Below, in pieces: positions 14,012 to 25,420 of a DNA stretch of 64,000 nt. How positions within the stretch are numbered: position 1 is the first letter of the stretch; every line of letters starts with the position of its first letter. The notes under the pieces were generated by a model. It was not told where the DNA came from. It searched no databases and saw only the letters and a list, made by a program, of their open reading frames with translations. Location: positions 5,332,001 to 5,396,000 of the forward strand of contig OZ316776.1 of NCBI GenBank assembly GCA_973851085.1, written 5' to 3'. The position numbers were made by a program, and so were the translations under genes. The stretch comes from Ptychomitrium polyphyllum (lineage: Eukaryota).

Positions 14012-14193
14012 GTATGGTTCTTAGGACTTTATTGCTGGTGTGGTTCTTAGGACTTTATTGCTGGTGTGGTTCTCAGAACTTTATTGCTGGTGTGGTTCTC
14101 AGAACTTTATTGCTGGTGTGGTTCTCAAGAATTTATTGCTAGTGTGGTTCTTAGGACTTTATTATTGGTATGGTTTTCAGGACTTTATTGTTG
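14012..14193. repeat. Minisatellite, 7 x 26 bp (GTGTGGTTCTYAGRACTTTATTGCTG)
   Basis: Seven head-to-tail units starting at 14012, 14038, 14064, 14090, 14116, 14142 and 14168, with few substitutions and no spacers. Confidence 0.95.
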
Positions 14194-15419
14194 GCTTGCT
14201 ATTGATTCAATGTGATTTGTAGGTTCTTAGGAATTCATTGCAAGTGACAAAGTGCTTATAAGGATTTTTTTTTCATTTTTGAACATCATTTCTAATTTTG
14301 CATTTTCAATGTTTGAGGGATTTTTGTTGCTTTTAACAAACAATACCAAAGTGGATCCAAAGATGTTAGATTTCATTCCAATTGATCAATCTATCATATT
14401 TTTTCATTGCTTCAAAATACATCACCAAAAATACGTTTTTGATTTATTGCTTATATTGTTTTTTTCAAATTTGGATGACAGAACAAATTATCTAAAATCA
14501 ACCTTTTTTTGGGAATAAAACAAACAAAAGTTTCATTTCACATGTAACAAAAAATCCAACCTGATCAAATAAAAATCCATAGATTTATAGATGTTTAAAG
14601 GTTTGTTAACTTTTGCTAAATTTCTAATTTCTCATGCCGTTTATTTGAGGCACTAAATTTGGTCCTTATAACCTAAATGACTTCACAAGTCATGTTAGAC
14701 CTTTGAAGGTTAATGGGAAATTGTCACAACAACACACTGCCATGGTAGCATTGTAGCAAATATATCGAATTTTTGATTGCCGAAAGAATACTTAAAAAGT
14801 GATTATTTTTAACAATGGTTGTTGCAAAAGAGTATTTACAAAATTGTGTAATGAATTCAATAAAGTGCCCAAAAATCTAAATTCTCTTCAAACAAATGTT
14901 ATACATTCTTTTGAGGAAGCTCAAATGAACATATGAACACCCCATAACTTAGGCACCCTTTACACAAGAGCTTGAGTAAACAAGCAAATACTTAAAGAAT
15001 CATCTTTTGTGAGTCATGAAAAATCCTTTGTTCACTCAATTTAATTTTACACATGAGCTTTTGACTTCAAGTTTTGGGCACACTAATTTTTTGGAAAATG
15101 ACATGGATGCTAGGTGGCTCCCACATGGATTTTATCTTACACAATTTATGAGGAGCTCTCAATTGAATTCCTAAGCGAAGATATCAAATTGAGAGCTTGT
15201 CATAGCAACTAACCTTTTTTGAGATATGATTGAAAGCTTGCAAATCCACATATCAAATCCCTACCCAACGTTTTGTTCACTTACAGTAACTGAGCTCGGA
15301 GCATGGGATGACAAATTACAACACACCAACACACTCTGGGAGGGGTTCGAGGAGGCATTTTCTGGATGGATACAGAACTTCATTTGAAGTTGGGGGTCGG
15401 GGTTCAAGTGGAGGGAAAC

Positions 15420-15850
15420 TTTGGCTGGATGGACTGGGAGGTAGGTCGAGGGACAGGGGCGGGGGCGGGGCGGGGCCGCTAAACTTATACTAACTTGCTG
15501 GAGCGTCCACTCCCTCCTGTGGTGCGGTCCTTTGCCTCGCGCCTTTGCACCTTTCCAGGCTTCCGCACCCGCATTGAATGCGCCATATCCCCCCAGGCTG
15601 ACCAGCTGCCTCCCCACTTTCTCAGGCCTCCTCCCCAGTTCCGTCTCTCAGAGTCTGCCATAGATAGCACGCGACTCTGCTCTGTTCGCCCTCCCCTGCG
15701 CATTGCCCCAGCTCTTGTGCTCCGCGAGCACTCGCTCTCACGCTCTCACAGTCACTCACTCGCTCATTCACTCTTTCTCTCTCCCTCCCTCCCCCCTCTC
15801 TCTCGCATACACACATACACACACATACAAACACACACACCAGTCCCCAC
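15420..15850 (+). promoter_or_regulatory. GC-rich promoter/TSS region of the HD-ZIP IV gene (GC boxes/G4 motif, CT-rich and CA tracts)
   Basis: Sharp AT-to-GC transition near 15260; GGGGCGGGGGCGGGGCGGGG at 15456-15475; pyrimidine/CT tract ~15730-15805 and CA tract ~15806-15840, typical of plant TSS and 5'UTR regions. Confidence 0.6.
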
Positions 15851-15908
15851 ACCGAAGCTGGAACCGCAAGCTGGCAGCAGCATCGTTCGTTCTCCTCTGT
15901 CGTCGCCG

Positions 15909-16984
15909 GTGAGCGAGCTAGGCACTGCCTCCGGGCTCTAACTTACTAGCACTGCATTAAGTTAACGAACTAGTGTGCAGGGGATAGTGGGTACACTAGT
16001 GGGTGTGCCGGGGGTTTGCGCGAGTTTGGGAATAATATCTGACGTTCCAGGTTATCCGATAGTGCGCGCCTGACCTGGCGGAAGAGTTTACTATTTTGGA
16101 GCTAGTTTGCTTTGCGGGCGATTGTATGGAGCTGTTCCTCATGCTTTCGGGTGCCTGGGTGCTTCTGGGGATGGGTGAGGAGTGATGCAGGCAGCTGGGT
16201 GGGAGTAGCAGTGTGCATGTGGGGCTTGACTAGTATTTTCGCTTTCAGAGGGCGTTTGTTTTGGACGGAAGGACTTGCTGCTGTCTGGAGGCTGCGGAAG
16301 TGGGCTTGGAGTCTGGTGTCGTGGACACATTACGTGCTCTGCTTGTGTGTGTGCATCTGTCAGCAGGCGATGCAGTAATGTGGTGTGAGGTGGTTCGTGG
16401 AGCCTCACCGTACCTTGTGTGTGGGTACTCCTGGCAGGGACGTCGACGGAGCCTTGCGGAGTCGCTCGAGTGACGCAGTTTCGGAGGCGCTGGGACACCG
16501 GTGGTCCAGCTCGCTGGCTGTGGAGGAGTATGTTGTGAGAGGGGGAGCTGGCGTGAGGAGGTGGGAGGGGATCGGAGGCCGGGCGGGAGTAGCTAACCTA
16601 GGGCGCCAGTAAGGAGGTGGGTTTCGATCGGTCGGTCGGAGTTGAAGGTGGGATAGCCTAGCCGAGGTAGGTTGCGGAAGGGGTGAGCGGGGTGGTGGAG
16701 TAGGTCGCGTTTGTGTTTGGTCTCCGAGAGGGAGAGAACGAGAGAGAGAGGAGATTCAGCACGCGGCTGCTGCTTCTCTCTCCCTCCTTTTCTTCGGACG
16801 GCAGGAGAGAGGGCGGGAGGCAGAGCTCCACAGTGCAAGCTGGGTGTGAACTGCACTTGACATTGCCTCCCTCTTCTCTCTGGTCCCTTGCTCTCGGTTT
16901 GTTGTCTTTTAAAAAAATTTCCCCTGTCGTTTTTCTGGTCTCCCTTCATCCCCCACCTTCACTGCACGACTCCTTCTCTCGCAG
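15909..16984 (+). other. Putative 5'UTR intron of the HD-ZIP IV gene
   Basis: Donor CCG|GTGAGC at 15909; long pyrimidine tract ending TCCTTCTCTCGCAG| at 16984. The pairing of these two sites is inferred. Confidence 0.45.
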
Positions 16985-17786
16985 GACGTTCGATAGATTC
17001 GATTCTGTCCATTGCATACGGCACTGTACATAATACCTTATCCCCATTCTATCGGTGGGGTTCGTGTGTCAACGCGAGCAGTCTCAGACCTGCTCCCGAA
17101 GGCGCGAGCGCTGCAGGTCAGGCAGCCTTGCAGGTACATTCAGTCGTGCGTAGCTGGCGATACAGCGCGTGACACAAGATTCGAGAGCTAGCGGGGAGTT
17201 TCGTTCTGGTGGCGCCGTAGATTAGGTTGTGCAGCAGCGACAAGCCGGTATATCCAGTTGTCGGCAGAGTAATATTTAGGTTCTTGTGCCGAACTGGGGA
17301 CATTTTCCAGATAACAACATATTATTCTTTCGTTCGGGAGAGCTGGTCGGGGTTGGGTTCCGGCCATCGAGCTGGTACAGACTGCTGTCCGGCTGCGCTT
17401 GGACGTCTGGGCAGTACGCGCGAGGAGGGGAATGCGAAGCTTCAGCTGACGTACTTGGGTACCAGCTGAAGCGTGACATATTGGCAGCGTGTGGAAACAC
17501 GCAGCCCCGTTGTATCATATCGTGCGGAGAGGAGGCGGGGGTTTCCCATCGGGAGTTTTTTGGAGAAAACAAGCGGCCGTGGTGGGGGTGTGGTAGGGCT
17601 GTGGAGAGTGCCCAGATTCTAGAATCGAATCGAAGGGGAAGCTGGGCGAGGCGTTGGGAGCGCGGATCAGCCGTTGATTGATCGAAGCGGACGTGAGCAG
17701 CAACATTGGACGATGAGAGCGGGTGGGGAATGTAGGAGGTGACAGACGAGCTGGAGGAGCAAGAGAGGTGGTCGGGCGAGAGCCGA

Positions 17787-20228
17787 ATGAGGCTAGGAGG
17801 AGTGACCGTGCAAGTAACTCCGAACGGCAATCTGGGGCGGGGCTTTGGGGAGCTGGGTGGCATGCCCGCAGGAGCGATGGCGCCGCCTCGCCCCATCCCG
17901 CCGCTGGCTATGTCCCGTCCCCCGCCTAAGCACTACACGTCGCCGTCGCTGTCGCTGGCGCCCCCGACAGGCCTGGACCGGCAGCGCGAGCTGAGCCAGA
18001 CTGCAGAGAGCGAGCAGCAGCAGAAGAACAAGGAGGAGGAGTACGAGTCGCGGTCCGGCAGCGACAACATGGAGGGTGGGTCGGGCGACGATCAGGACCC
18101 CGACCACCCGCCACGCAAGAAGCGGTACCATCGCCACACTCCACGGCAGATCCAGGAGATGGAGATGCTGTTCAAGGAGTGTCCGCATCCCGATGACAAG
18201 CAGCGGCAGCAGCTGAGCAAGGATCTGGGGCTGGAGCCGCGGCAGGTGAAGTTCTGGTTCCAGAACCGGCGCACGCAGATGAAGGCGCATACAGAGCGCG
18301 CGGAGAATTCGATGCTGCGGGCGGAGAACGAGAAGCTGCGGTCGGAGAACCTGCTGATGCGCGAGGCGCTGAAGAACCCGCAGTGCCCACATTGCGGCGG
18401 GCCTGCGACGGTGGGCGAGATGTCGTTTGACGAGCAGCAGCTGCGCATTGAGAACGGGCGGCTGAAGGAGGAGCTGGACCGCGTGTCGGCGCTGGCGGCC
18501 AAGTATCTGGGGCGGCCGATCACGCCCATGGCACCGACGCTGGCACTGCCCAGCTCGTCGCTGGACCTGCAGGTCGGGGGCGGGGGCGGGAGCAGCTTTG
18601 GGGGCGGGATGCACGGGGGCCACGGCGGGGGCAGTCAGCTGGACATGGTGGCCGGGCCGAGCGTGGCAGATGTGGCGACGAGGCCCGGGGGCCTCACGGA
18701 GGCGGAGAAGCCGATGGTGGTGGAGCTGGCGGTGATGGCGATGGAGGAGCTGGTGCGCATGGCGCAGGCGGAAGAGCCGCTGTGGGTGGGCCTGGGCAAT
18801 GCGGGCGACATTGGGACGGGCGGGATGAAGGAGCAGCTGAACTATGACGAGTACGTGCGGCAGTTCCCGCGGGGCATTGGGATGCGGCCGCCGGGGCTGA
18901 AGACGGAGGCGACACGTGAGACGGCGCTGGTGATGATGAACGGCGTGAACCTGGTGGAGATGCTGATGGATGCAACGCAGTGGATGGACATGTTCCCGTG
19001 CATGGTGTCGCGGGCGCTGACAGTGGACGTGCTGTCGACGGGCGTGACGGGCAACCGGAACGGCGCGCTGCAGCTGATGTACGCGGAGCTGCAGGTGCTG
19101 TCGCCACTGGTGCCGACGCGCGAGATCTACTTCCTGCGGTACTGCAAGCAGCACGCGGAGGGGGTGTGGGCCGTGGTGGATGTGTCGGTGGACTCGCTGC
19201 GGGACAACCCGCCGCCGTCGCTGATGCGGTGCCGGCGGCGGCCGTCGGGGGTGCTGATCCAGGACACGCCGAACGGGTATGCGAAGGTGACGTGCGTGGA
19301 GCACATGGAGTACGACGACCGCGCGGTGCACCGGATGTACCGCGAGCTGGTGAACACGGGGATGGCGTTTGGGGCGCAGCGGTGGTTGGCGACGCTGCAG
19401 CGGCAGTGCGAGCGGCTGGCGAGCCTGCTGGCGAGCAACATTGCGTCGCGGGACCTGGGCGGGGTGCCGAGTGCGTCGGGGCGGCGGAGCATGCTGAAGC
19501 TGGCGCAGCGGATGACGAACAACTTCTGTGCGGGGGTGAGTGCGTCGACGGTGCACACGTGGACGACGCTGTCGGGGAGCGGCGACGACGACGTGCGGGT
19601 GATGACGCGGAAGAGCGTGGACAACCCGGGGGAGCCGCACGGGATTGTGCTGAGCGCGGCGACGTCGATGTGGCTGCCGGTGTCGCCGGCGCGGGTGTTC
19701 CAGTTCCTGCGCGACGAGCGGCTGCGGTCGGAGTGGGACATCCTGTCAAACGGCGGGATGGTGACGGAGATGGCGCACATTGCCAAGGGGCAGGACCCAG
19801 GGAACAGCGTGTCGCTGCTGCGCGTGAACGCGATGAACGCATCGCAGAGCAACATGCTGATCCTGCAGGAGAGCTGCACGGACGCTTCGGGGTCGCTGGT
19901 GATCTATGCGCCAGTGGACATCCCGGCGATGAACCTGGTGCTGCAGGGCGGCGACCCAGCGTACGTGGCGCTGCTGCCATCGGGGTTTGCAATCCTGCCG
20001 GACGGGCCGAGTGCAGGTCACGGCCACAGCCACGGCGTGGGGGATCAGGGCGGGCAGCTGGCAGAGGGTGGGCGCGGGAGCGGGTCGCTGCTGACGGTGG
20101 CGTTCCAGATCCTGGTGTCGAGCGTCCCGTCGGCGCGGCTGTCGCTGGAGAGCGTGGCGACAGTGAACAACCTGATATCGTGCACAGTGCAGCGGATCAA
20201 GGCGGCGCTGCTGGTGGAGGATGTGTAG
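17787..20228 (+). CDS. C4HDZ: Class IV homeodomain-leucine zipper transcription factor (ATML1/PDF2/HDG/GL2 family), intronless CDS, 813 aa from first ATG
   Basis: Homeodomain [17 protein letters not shown]...[14 protein letters not shown]; zipper-loop-zipper with CPHCGG; START domain ([15 protein letters not shown]...[17 protein letters not shown]...WAVVDVS); SAD (SMLKLAQRM...WDILSNGG...[10 protein letters not shown]...TVQRIKAAL). The ORF track begins at GTG 17739; the first in-frame ATG is 17787. Confidence 0.96.
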   Translation: MRLGGVTVQVTPNGNLGRGFGELGGMPAGAMAPPRPIPPLAMSRPPPKHYTSPSLSLAPPTGLDRQRELSQTAESEQQQKNKEEEYESRSGSDNMEGGSGDDQDPDHPPRKKRYHRHTPRQIQEMEMLFKECPHPDDKQRQQLSKDLGLEPRQVKFWFQNRRTQMKAHTERAENSMLRAENEKLRSENLLMREALKNPQCPHCGGPATVGEMSFDEQQLRIENGRLKEELDRVSALAAKYLGRPITPMAPTLALPSSSLDLQVGGGGGSSFGGGMHGGHGGGSQLDMVAGPSVADVATRPGGLTEAEKPMVVELAVMAMEELVRMAQAEEPLWVGLGNAGDIGTGGMKEQLNYDEYVRQFPRGIGMRPPGLKTEATRETALVMMNGVNLVEMLMDATQWMDMFPCMVSRALTVDVLSTGVTGNRNGALQLMYAELQVLSPLVPTREIYFLRYCKQHAEGVWAVVDVSVDSLRDNPPPSLMRCRRRPSGVLIQDTPNGYAKVTCVEHMEYDDRAVHRMYRELVNTGMAFGAQRWLATLQRQCERLASLLASNIASRDLGGVPSASGRRSMLKLAQRMTNNFCAGVSASTVHTWTTLSGSGDDDVRVMTRKSVDNPGEPHGIVLSAATSMWLPVSPARVFQFLRDERLRSEWDILSNGGMVTEMAHIAKGQDPGNSVSLLRVNAMNASQSNMLILQESCTDASGSLVIYAPVDIPAMNLVLQGGDPAYVALLPSGFAILPDGPSAGHGHSHGVGDQGGQLAEGGRGSGSLLTVAFQILVSSVPSARLSLESVATVNNLISCTVQRIKAALLVEDV

Positions 20229-20747
20229 CGGATGATGGGGTAGGACGGGCAGCAGATGTGGTCTTCTCCCTGGTGATAGAAGGGGGGTGATTTCTGCTGG
20301 TCCGCTGCACGGAGTGAAGGGGATCAAAGCGATGAGGAAATCGTCCAGAGCAATGTGAAGCACCAGTGCGGGTGTTTCCATTCCGTGTGGTTGACATGTT
20401 GGGGTGGTGGGAGGAGACGAGGTGTGCAGTACAGAAGTGTGGTTTAGTTGGGCGGGTATATTTTGAGGAGCCTTCAAGATCGTGTGTTATCTCACATTGA
20501 GCGTGGTCTTGAGCGCTCCTCAGGAGGGAGAAGGAGGCGACGATCAGTCGAGCAGCTGGGTAGACATCGGCATCGGAGCGCAAGCAGGCGTTGACTTCGA
20601 CGTTGAGGGATGTGAATTAGAGTTTGAAGATGAAGACGACGACCAGGCGGGCTACGTGAGAGTCCGCCAAGTTGGCAACATTTTAGTGACAATGTCCAGA
20701 GTGGCAAATTAATCGGATTTATACAGATGACGACGCGGCGTAGAAAC

Positions 20748-20977
20748 GGGTAGGAAGTGAGTCAAGAGCGAACCACCACTGATGGCCCTTGTTGCGTGGT
20801 GGAGTGGGCAGTCCTCCGGAGCAGATTCTGGAGGATAAGTGCACTTTGTGCGCAAGTGTCCAGTGGTACTGTTCTCGTGTAAAGATGGACCGTGCTGGTA
20901 TCTTGCACATTAGCGCAGTGCATGTGCTTCACCACGCAGGAAGGGTAGTGGTTCGGGTATTGACTGACTTCCGACCC
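20748..20977 (+). promoter_or_regulatory. Paired 3'UTR elements of HD-ZIP IV mRNA forming a long-range stem (20748-20779 with 20945-20977)
   Basis: GTGGTTCGGGTATTGACT (20948-20965) matches, from recall, the conserved HD-ZIP IV 3'UTR motif. Its partner AGTCAAGAGCGAACCAC is at 20760-20776, and complementarity extends further outward. Confidence 0.85.
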
Positions 20978-23939
20978 TCCCTCTTTTCACCATTTCTTAT
21001 AGCATTGCAACATTATTGCCGATCAACCGATGATCCTGTCTTCAATGACGGAGCTTTGTTCATTTTGGACCTTTGTTTATAGAAGCTCTTCATGTCTTTC
21101 ATAATTTTTGGTATTTGTCATTTTCTTGTTACTGTTTAACTTTAGAAGTTTTATGTTTCTTGTCTTTTGTTCGATTTGTTCGTGTGTTGGTGTGAACGGG
21201 TGTGACGCTTTTTTATTATTTTGTGTAGAGGATGTCTTACGTTAAAATTTTAATACTTTGGCATGATTCTGTTTTTGGGTTTTGCTGTTTTGTCACTGTT
21301 GGTACTCTAGTGGTCATGTCCGGGTGCCGTACGCATTCTCAATCTCATTATCGTGGTCATTCTGATCTTTTTTTTTTGGTAATACTGCTCATTGGGTCTG
21401 GAATGTTGCAACGCTGCTGATTTTATTGTGCATCTAATTTTAGTCGTCACTCTTCGCTGGATCACTGTTGGATCGCTGGCGGCTTTGATTCCTGCAGTGC
21501 GGTTTAGCTTTGAAGATATGGAATCTTTCGAAGTCTTTTTTATGGTTCGAATGCCGAGCTATCTGGTGTTGTATGTTTGTATATTATATAATACAGCGAT
21601 GTGCTTAGTTAAGGGTGGGAAAAACGGTAGCGTGAAACCAGATAAGGTACGCACTTATACCTCCGGTGGCGGATAGTGTTGTAACTCTTATAGATCTTTC
21701 CTGCCTGTTTTGTGTTGTGTATACGTTGTTCGGTTTGGTTGAGGAATGGTTGTTGCAGTGATGTTTACGTGTGTTTATTAGGTTTTGGAATGGTAGTCGT
21801 GTACTTGTTATTATTGATTTGTTGTTTTAAGCTTGGAGAAGATGGTTATGCTGGGGCTTATTTAGTTTTATCCAGTAGATTTTGTGTATAGGTTGTGTTC
21901 CGATTTGGTTCTTTTGGGTTATGTTTTACCTTTGTCAAAGTATTGCCTGTGATTCAATTGTCTTTTGATTTAGTCGAAATTGGTTTCGTTTAAATTTGTT
22001 CAGCGTGGAGACCTTATTCTTAATGTCTAGCCTACATTGAGTTTGTTCTTTTTTTCTTCTTTTTTTTTCTCTCTTTAATTATAAAAGTAAATGCTTGCAT
22101 TTGTCTCTTTAATAATATTTCATCTTCACTAATTATCCTTTTTTTTTTAATACTAGCTACACCTATTTGTATGAAATAAAAACTATTCCTTTGTATAATG
22201 TTGTCTTTTATTAAAATCAAGGAATAATATGATACCTCATATTGGTTTAAATATGAAGTCCATTTAAGAAATACAAACTATCTTTATTCTACCATTTATT
22301 CTAAAGGAACGGAACCAAAAGGTATAAGAATAAAGTTTGTTTTTTTTTAATCTTTTTGGAGGATAGAATAATAGTTTTATGAATACTTATAACAAAAATT
22401 TAAAAAATTTGAAAACTTTAGAATTGTGCATGAATGTAAAGTCTTTAGTTCATTCATTCAAAGTTTAAAAAATTAGTTGTATAGTTATTTTATTATTAAA
22501 GTAGTTTAAAGAATATTAGAAGGATATTTTGAAATGTAAATAAGACACCATTCACTCAATATTTTGGAAGTCTTAAACTTGTTGTTTAAAAATAAAATGA
22601 CTATAAATTTTTTAATAAGAAATAATAGGAAAAAAAACTACATGTGTGCTAATGAATAAAACTTATGCATTGAAAATGCTAAATATATACTTAAATCAAA
22701 ATATGAAGTTATATCTTAAATTTATATTACTAAATATGTATTTTTATTTTAAAAAACGTGTAATTTATTGTTGAGCATGTGATAATAAATTTGGAAGGAT
22801 GTATTTAATTGTTAAATAATTATATTTTTATTTAAAAATAATGTGATTAGTTATTATATTTGTAGTTTTGATCTTAATTTCATGATTGTATAAAATACTT
22901 AGTTGTAACTTTAGAATTGTGAATTTAATCACAAAATCCTATATCAAAACATGTGGTTATAATAAAAGTTAATAGTATTTAGAAAACATATTATTTTCTC
23001 TTAAAGAATAAATGTTTGTTCCTCATATTAATAAAACTAGAACTTTCAAATACATTTCAAACGTAGAAATTAAAAATGTTTTAAAATTTCATATTATCTT
23101 TTTATAAAAAAAAGTGAAAAGAATATTATATTAATTGCTTTAGAACAAAAATTTACGTGCATATTGACTTCAATTGCACAATTTTTAATTGCAAGATTTT
23201 TTTAATACAAAATATCCTTCTAATACCTTCAAATTTTTGAAAAAATACTAAAAAAGCATTTATCTCTAGTGTTCTAATTACTTGTTTAAAAAGATGAATG
23301 TACACTTCTTTATAGAAGATTTAAACCATACATACAACAAGCTTTATATATCCTATACAATAGAGAATGGATTATAAGTCTTTGTTGTGGTATGCTCCAA
23401 TGCTATCCACCATACTATGAGAAGGTTATTTAATCTCTTTATAGACCTTGGATATTATTTAACCATTTAAAGAAAAATAAAATGGCATTAACAAATCAAA
23501 AAGAATTTGTAGGTGCCTATGTGTAGATCATGTTCATGCAATTGGATTTATTATATTATTTTTCAATAAATCAAAATTTCAAGTTTAAATTAACAAAGAA
23601 TTTATTAAAAATTTAAAAATGGCAATTTTTATGTAAGAATTTTTGTAATAGTTTCAAATAATGTACACTTTAAAATGGAATAATAATATTAATTATATTT
23701 TATTTATTTTGAAAGGTTGCCTTTTAAATATCATTTAAAAAAAAATCATCTTATAAAAACTACATTAACCTAGTTTAAAGATTTATATAATACAAAGGGA
23801 ATGATTTAGCATAAGATTTGAGAAAAGAAAGTAGATGAAAATGTTGTTTTATTTCATCAAATAAAGATTTTGATTTTGATTGATAATCTATTGTATGGTT
23901 GCTTGGTCTTTGAAAGATTAGTTTCATGTATATTTACAC

Positions 23940-24500
23940 TCTCAATCTCTTTTACACTTGTATCCAAACCTATACTTGTACTTATCATTATACTCACTCT
24001 CTATGTTAATGATATTTTATTGCCCTCAAATATTCAACTAAGAAAGCACTAGTAAAATTGTAATTATTAGCTTCTAAGGTTCTTTGCAACTTTGTCAAAA
24101 GGCAAACCTCTGCACATTCTATATATTCTATCTAAATAAAAAATACTTTAATGATTTTCATCTTCTTTGTCTTGTATGTTTTTATTTTGCATGATAAGAA
24201 ATGCCATCTTTATATTATCAATGATATCCATTGACTACAATTCACTAAGATTTTGAATTATGTTCCAATCTTGCTTACAAAATAACAAATGCTTGCTTTA
24301 TATTTTTTAAGCTTCTTGCTAGCAAGTATAAAAAAAATTTGCATAAATGTTTTTATAAATTATGTGCACAAAATAAGTCTATTTATGATAGATTCCATCA
24401 ATCAATAAGCAATAGCAAAACAAATGTTGTTTATCATGAAATTAGAATCATTGGAATTATACTTTATTAAATTTGTAATACTTGTAATTCATTAAGTATA
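23940..24500 (+). mobile_element. Highly decayed Ty1/Copia reverse transcriptase fragment
   Basis: Translation IIILTLYVNDILL resembles the Copia (I/L)xLYVDDIL catalytic motif; extent uncertain. Confidence 0.4.
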
Positions 24501-24990
24501 TTTTTATAATCATTTCTTTCAAGAAAATATAAATATGATGAATCCATGGGCTTTGGTCTCCAATAACTTTTACAACAATGTTCTTATTTCTATCTTTGTT
24601 TTGGAATTGCCATAGCCATCTTCCAAAATAGTTTTTTCAATGGATAGTCCATCCAATATATTGGACTAATTATATTATAAAATTTTCAAATTTTGTTGCT
24701 TTTCAATTGTTTAAAAATGATTTTACAAGTTGGATGTATTAAAAACTCAGATTCAACGTTCACATGTATGATCAAAATAAAATAATTCAAGCATTTCAAA
24801 GCTGTGTTTTTACCAAGCTTTCATTATTTTTTTGTGGCATGTGTGTTAAAGGCGGAAATATTCTTCTTGATATTTCCTAATCAACTTGCTATTATATTTG
24901 CAGTGGCCTAGTAGGCACTCCTTAATAAAAAAATGCCTACAGTTCCAATCTACAATTTGGAAACACTACTCAAATCTGTCCTAAATAACC

Positions 24991-25420
24991 TTTCACAAAC
25001 ATATATCATGAAACATAATTTTTAAAATTTTCTAGAATCTTCTAGTAAATTATGGTAGCTTTCTTGATAACTTTCAATGCTTCCATAATCATTCCAATTC
25101 TTAAAAAGCTTCTTGGAAACAAACCACCTTCTCAATAAAAGCTTCTTTGGAAGGTTCAACTTCCACATAAAACTTCTTAAAAAGCTTCTATAGACTTTTC
25201 ATATGCTCTTAAGCTTCAAAATTTTAACAACAATATACAAGACCATTGTCTTACAACAGAGTTATTTGTACACTTGATTTTTTTTCCCCGCAAAAGTGTG
25301 GAGTTTGTCTCTTAATCTGCTGATCAAGTATCATAAGTCATGGCTTTATTCTATGGTTTTCCACTAGTTTTTGAAGTCTAGTACAAAGACTCCAAGTTGT
25401 TTTGCTTGCTTTCCTTAAAT
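24991..25420 (+). mobile_element. Decayed LTR, family 1 (chromovirus type)
   Basis: Starts TTTCACAAACATATATCATGAAACATAAT, resembling the TGTYAYGGACATAGATCATGCAACATA start of the other family-1 LTRs; contains AAGCTTCTTGGAA subrepeats. Confidence 0.6.

Noticed and set aside
14012..14193. 26-bp array (and the 21-bp array at 40972) as CRISPR
   Set aside because: Head-to-tail units without unique spacers, no cas genes, eukaryotic context.
15261..17720. Numerous 60-206 aa ORFs upstream of the HD-ZIP IV gene
   Set aside because: GC-rich promoter, UTR and intron sequence; mostly non-ATG starts and no recognisable protein features.
17793..20477. Long antisense and alternate-frame ORFs (615, 436, 432, 250, 243 aa) over the HD-ZIP IV CDS
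   Set aside because: Expected shadows of extreme GC3 codon bias; low-complexity His/Arg/Pro/Ala translations with no domain.
20482..20712. Acidic 76-aa ORF downstream of the HD-ZIP IV stop
   Set aside because: GTG start, lies within the inferred 3'UTR, no homology recognised.
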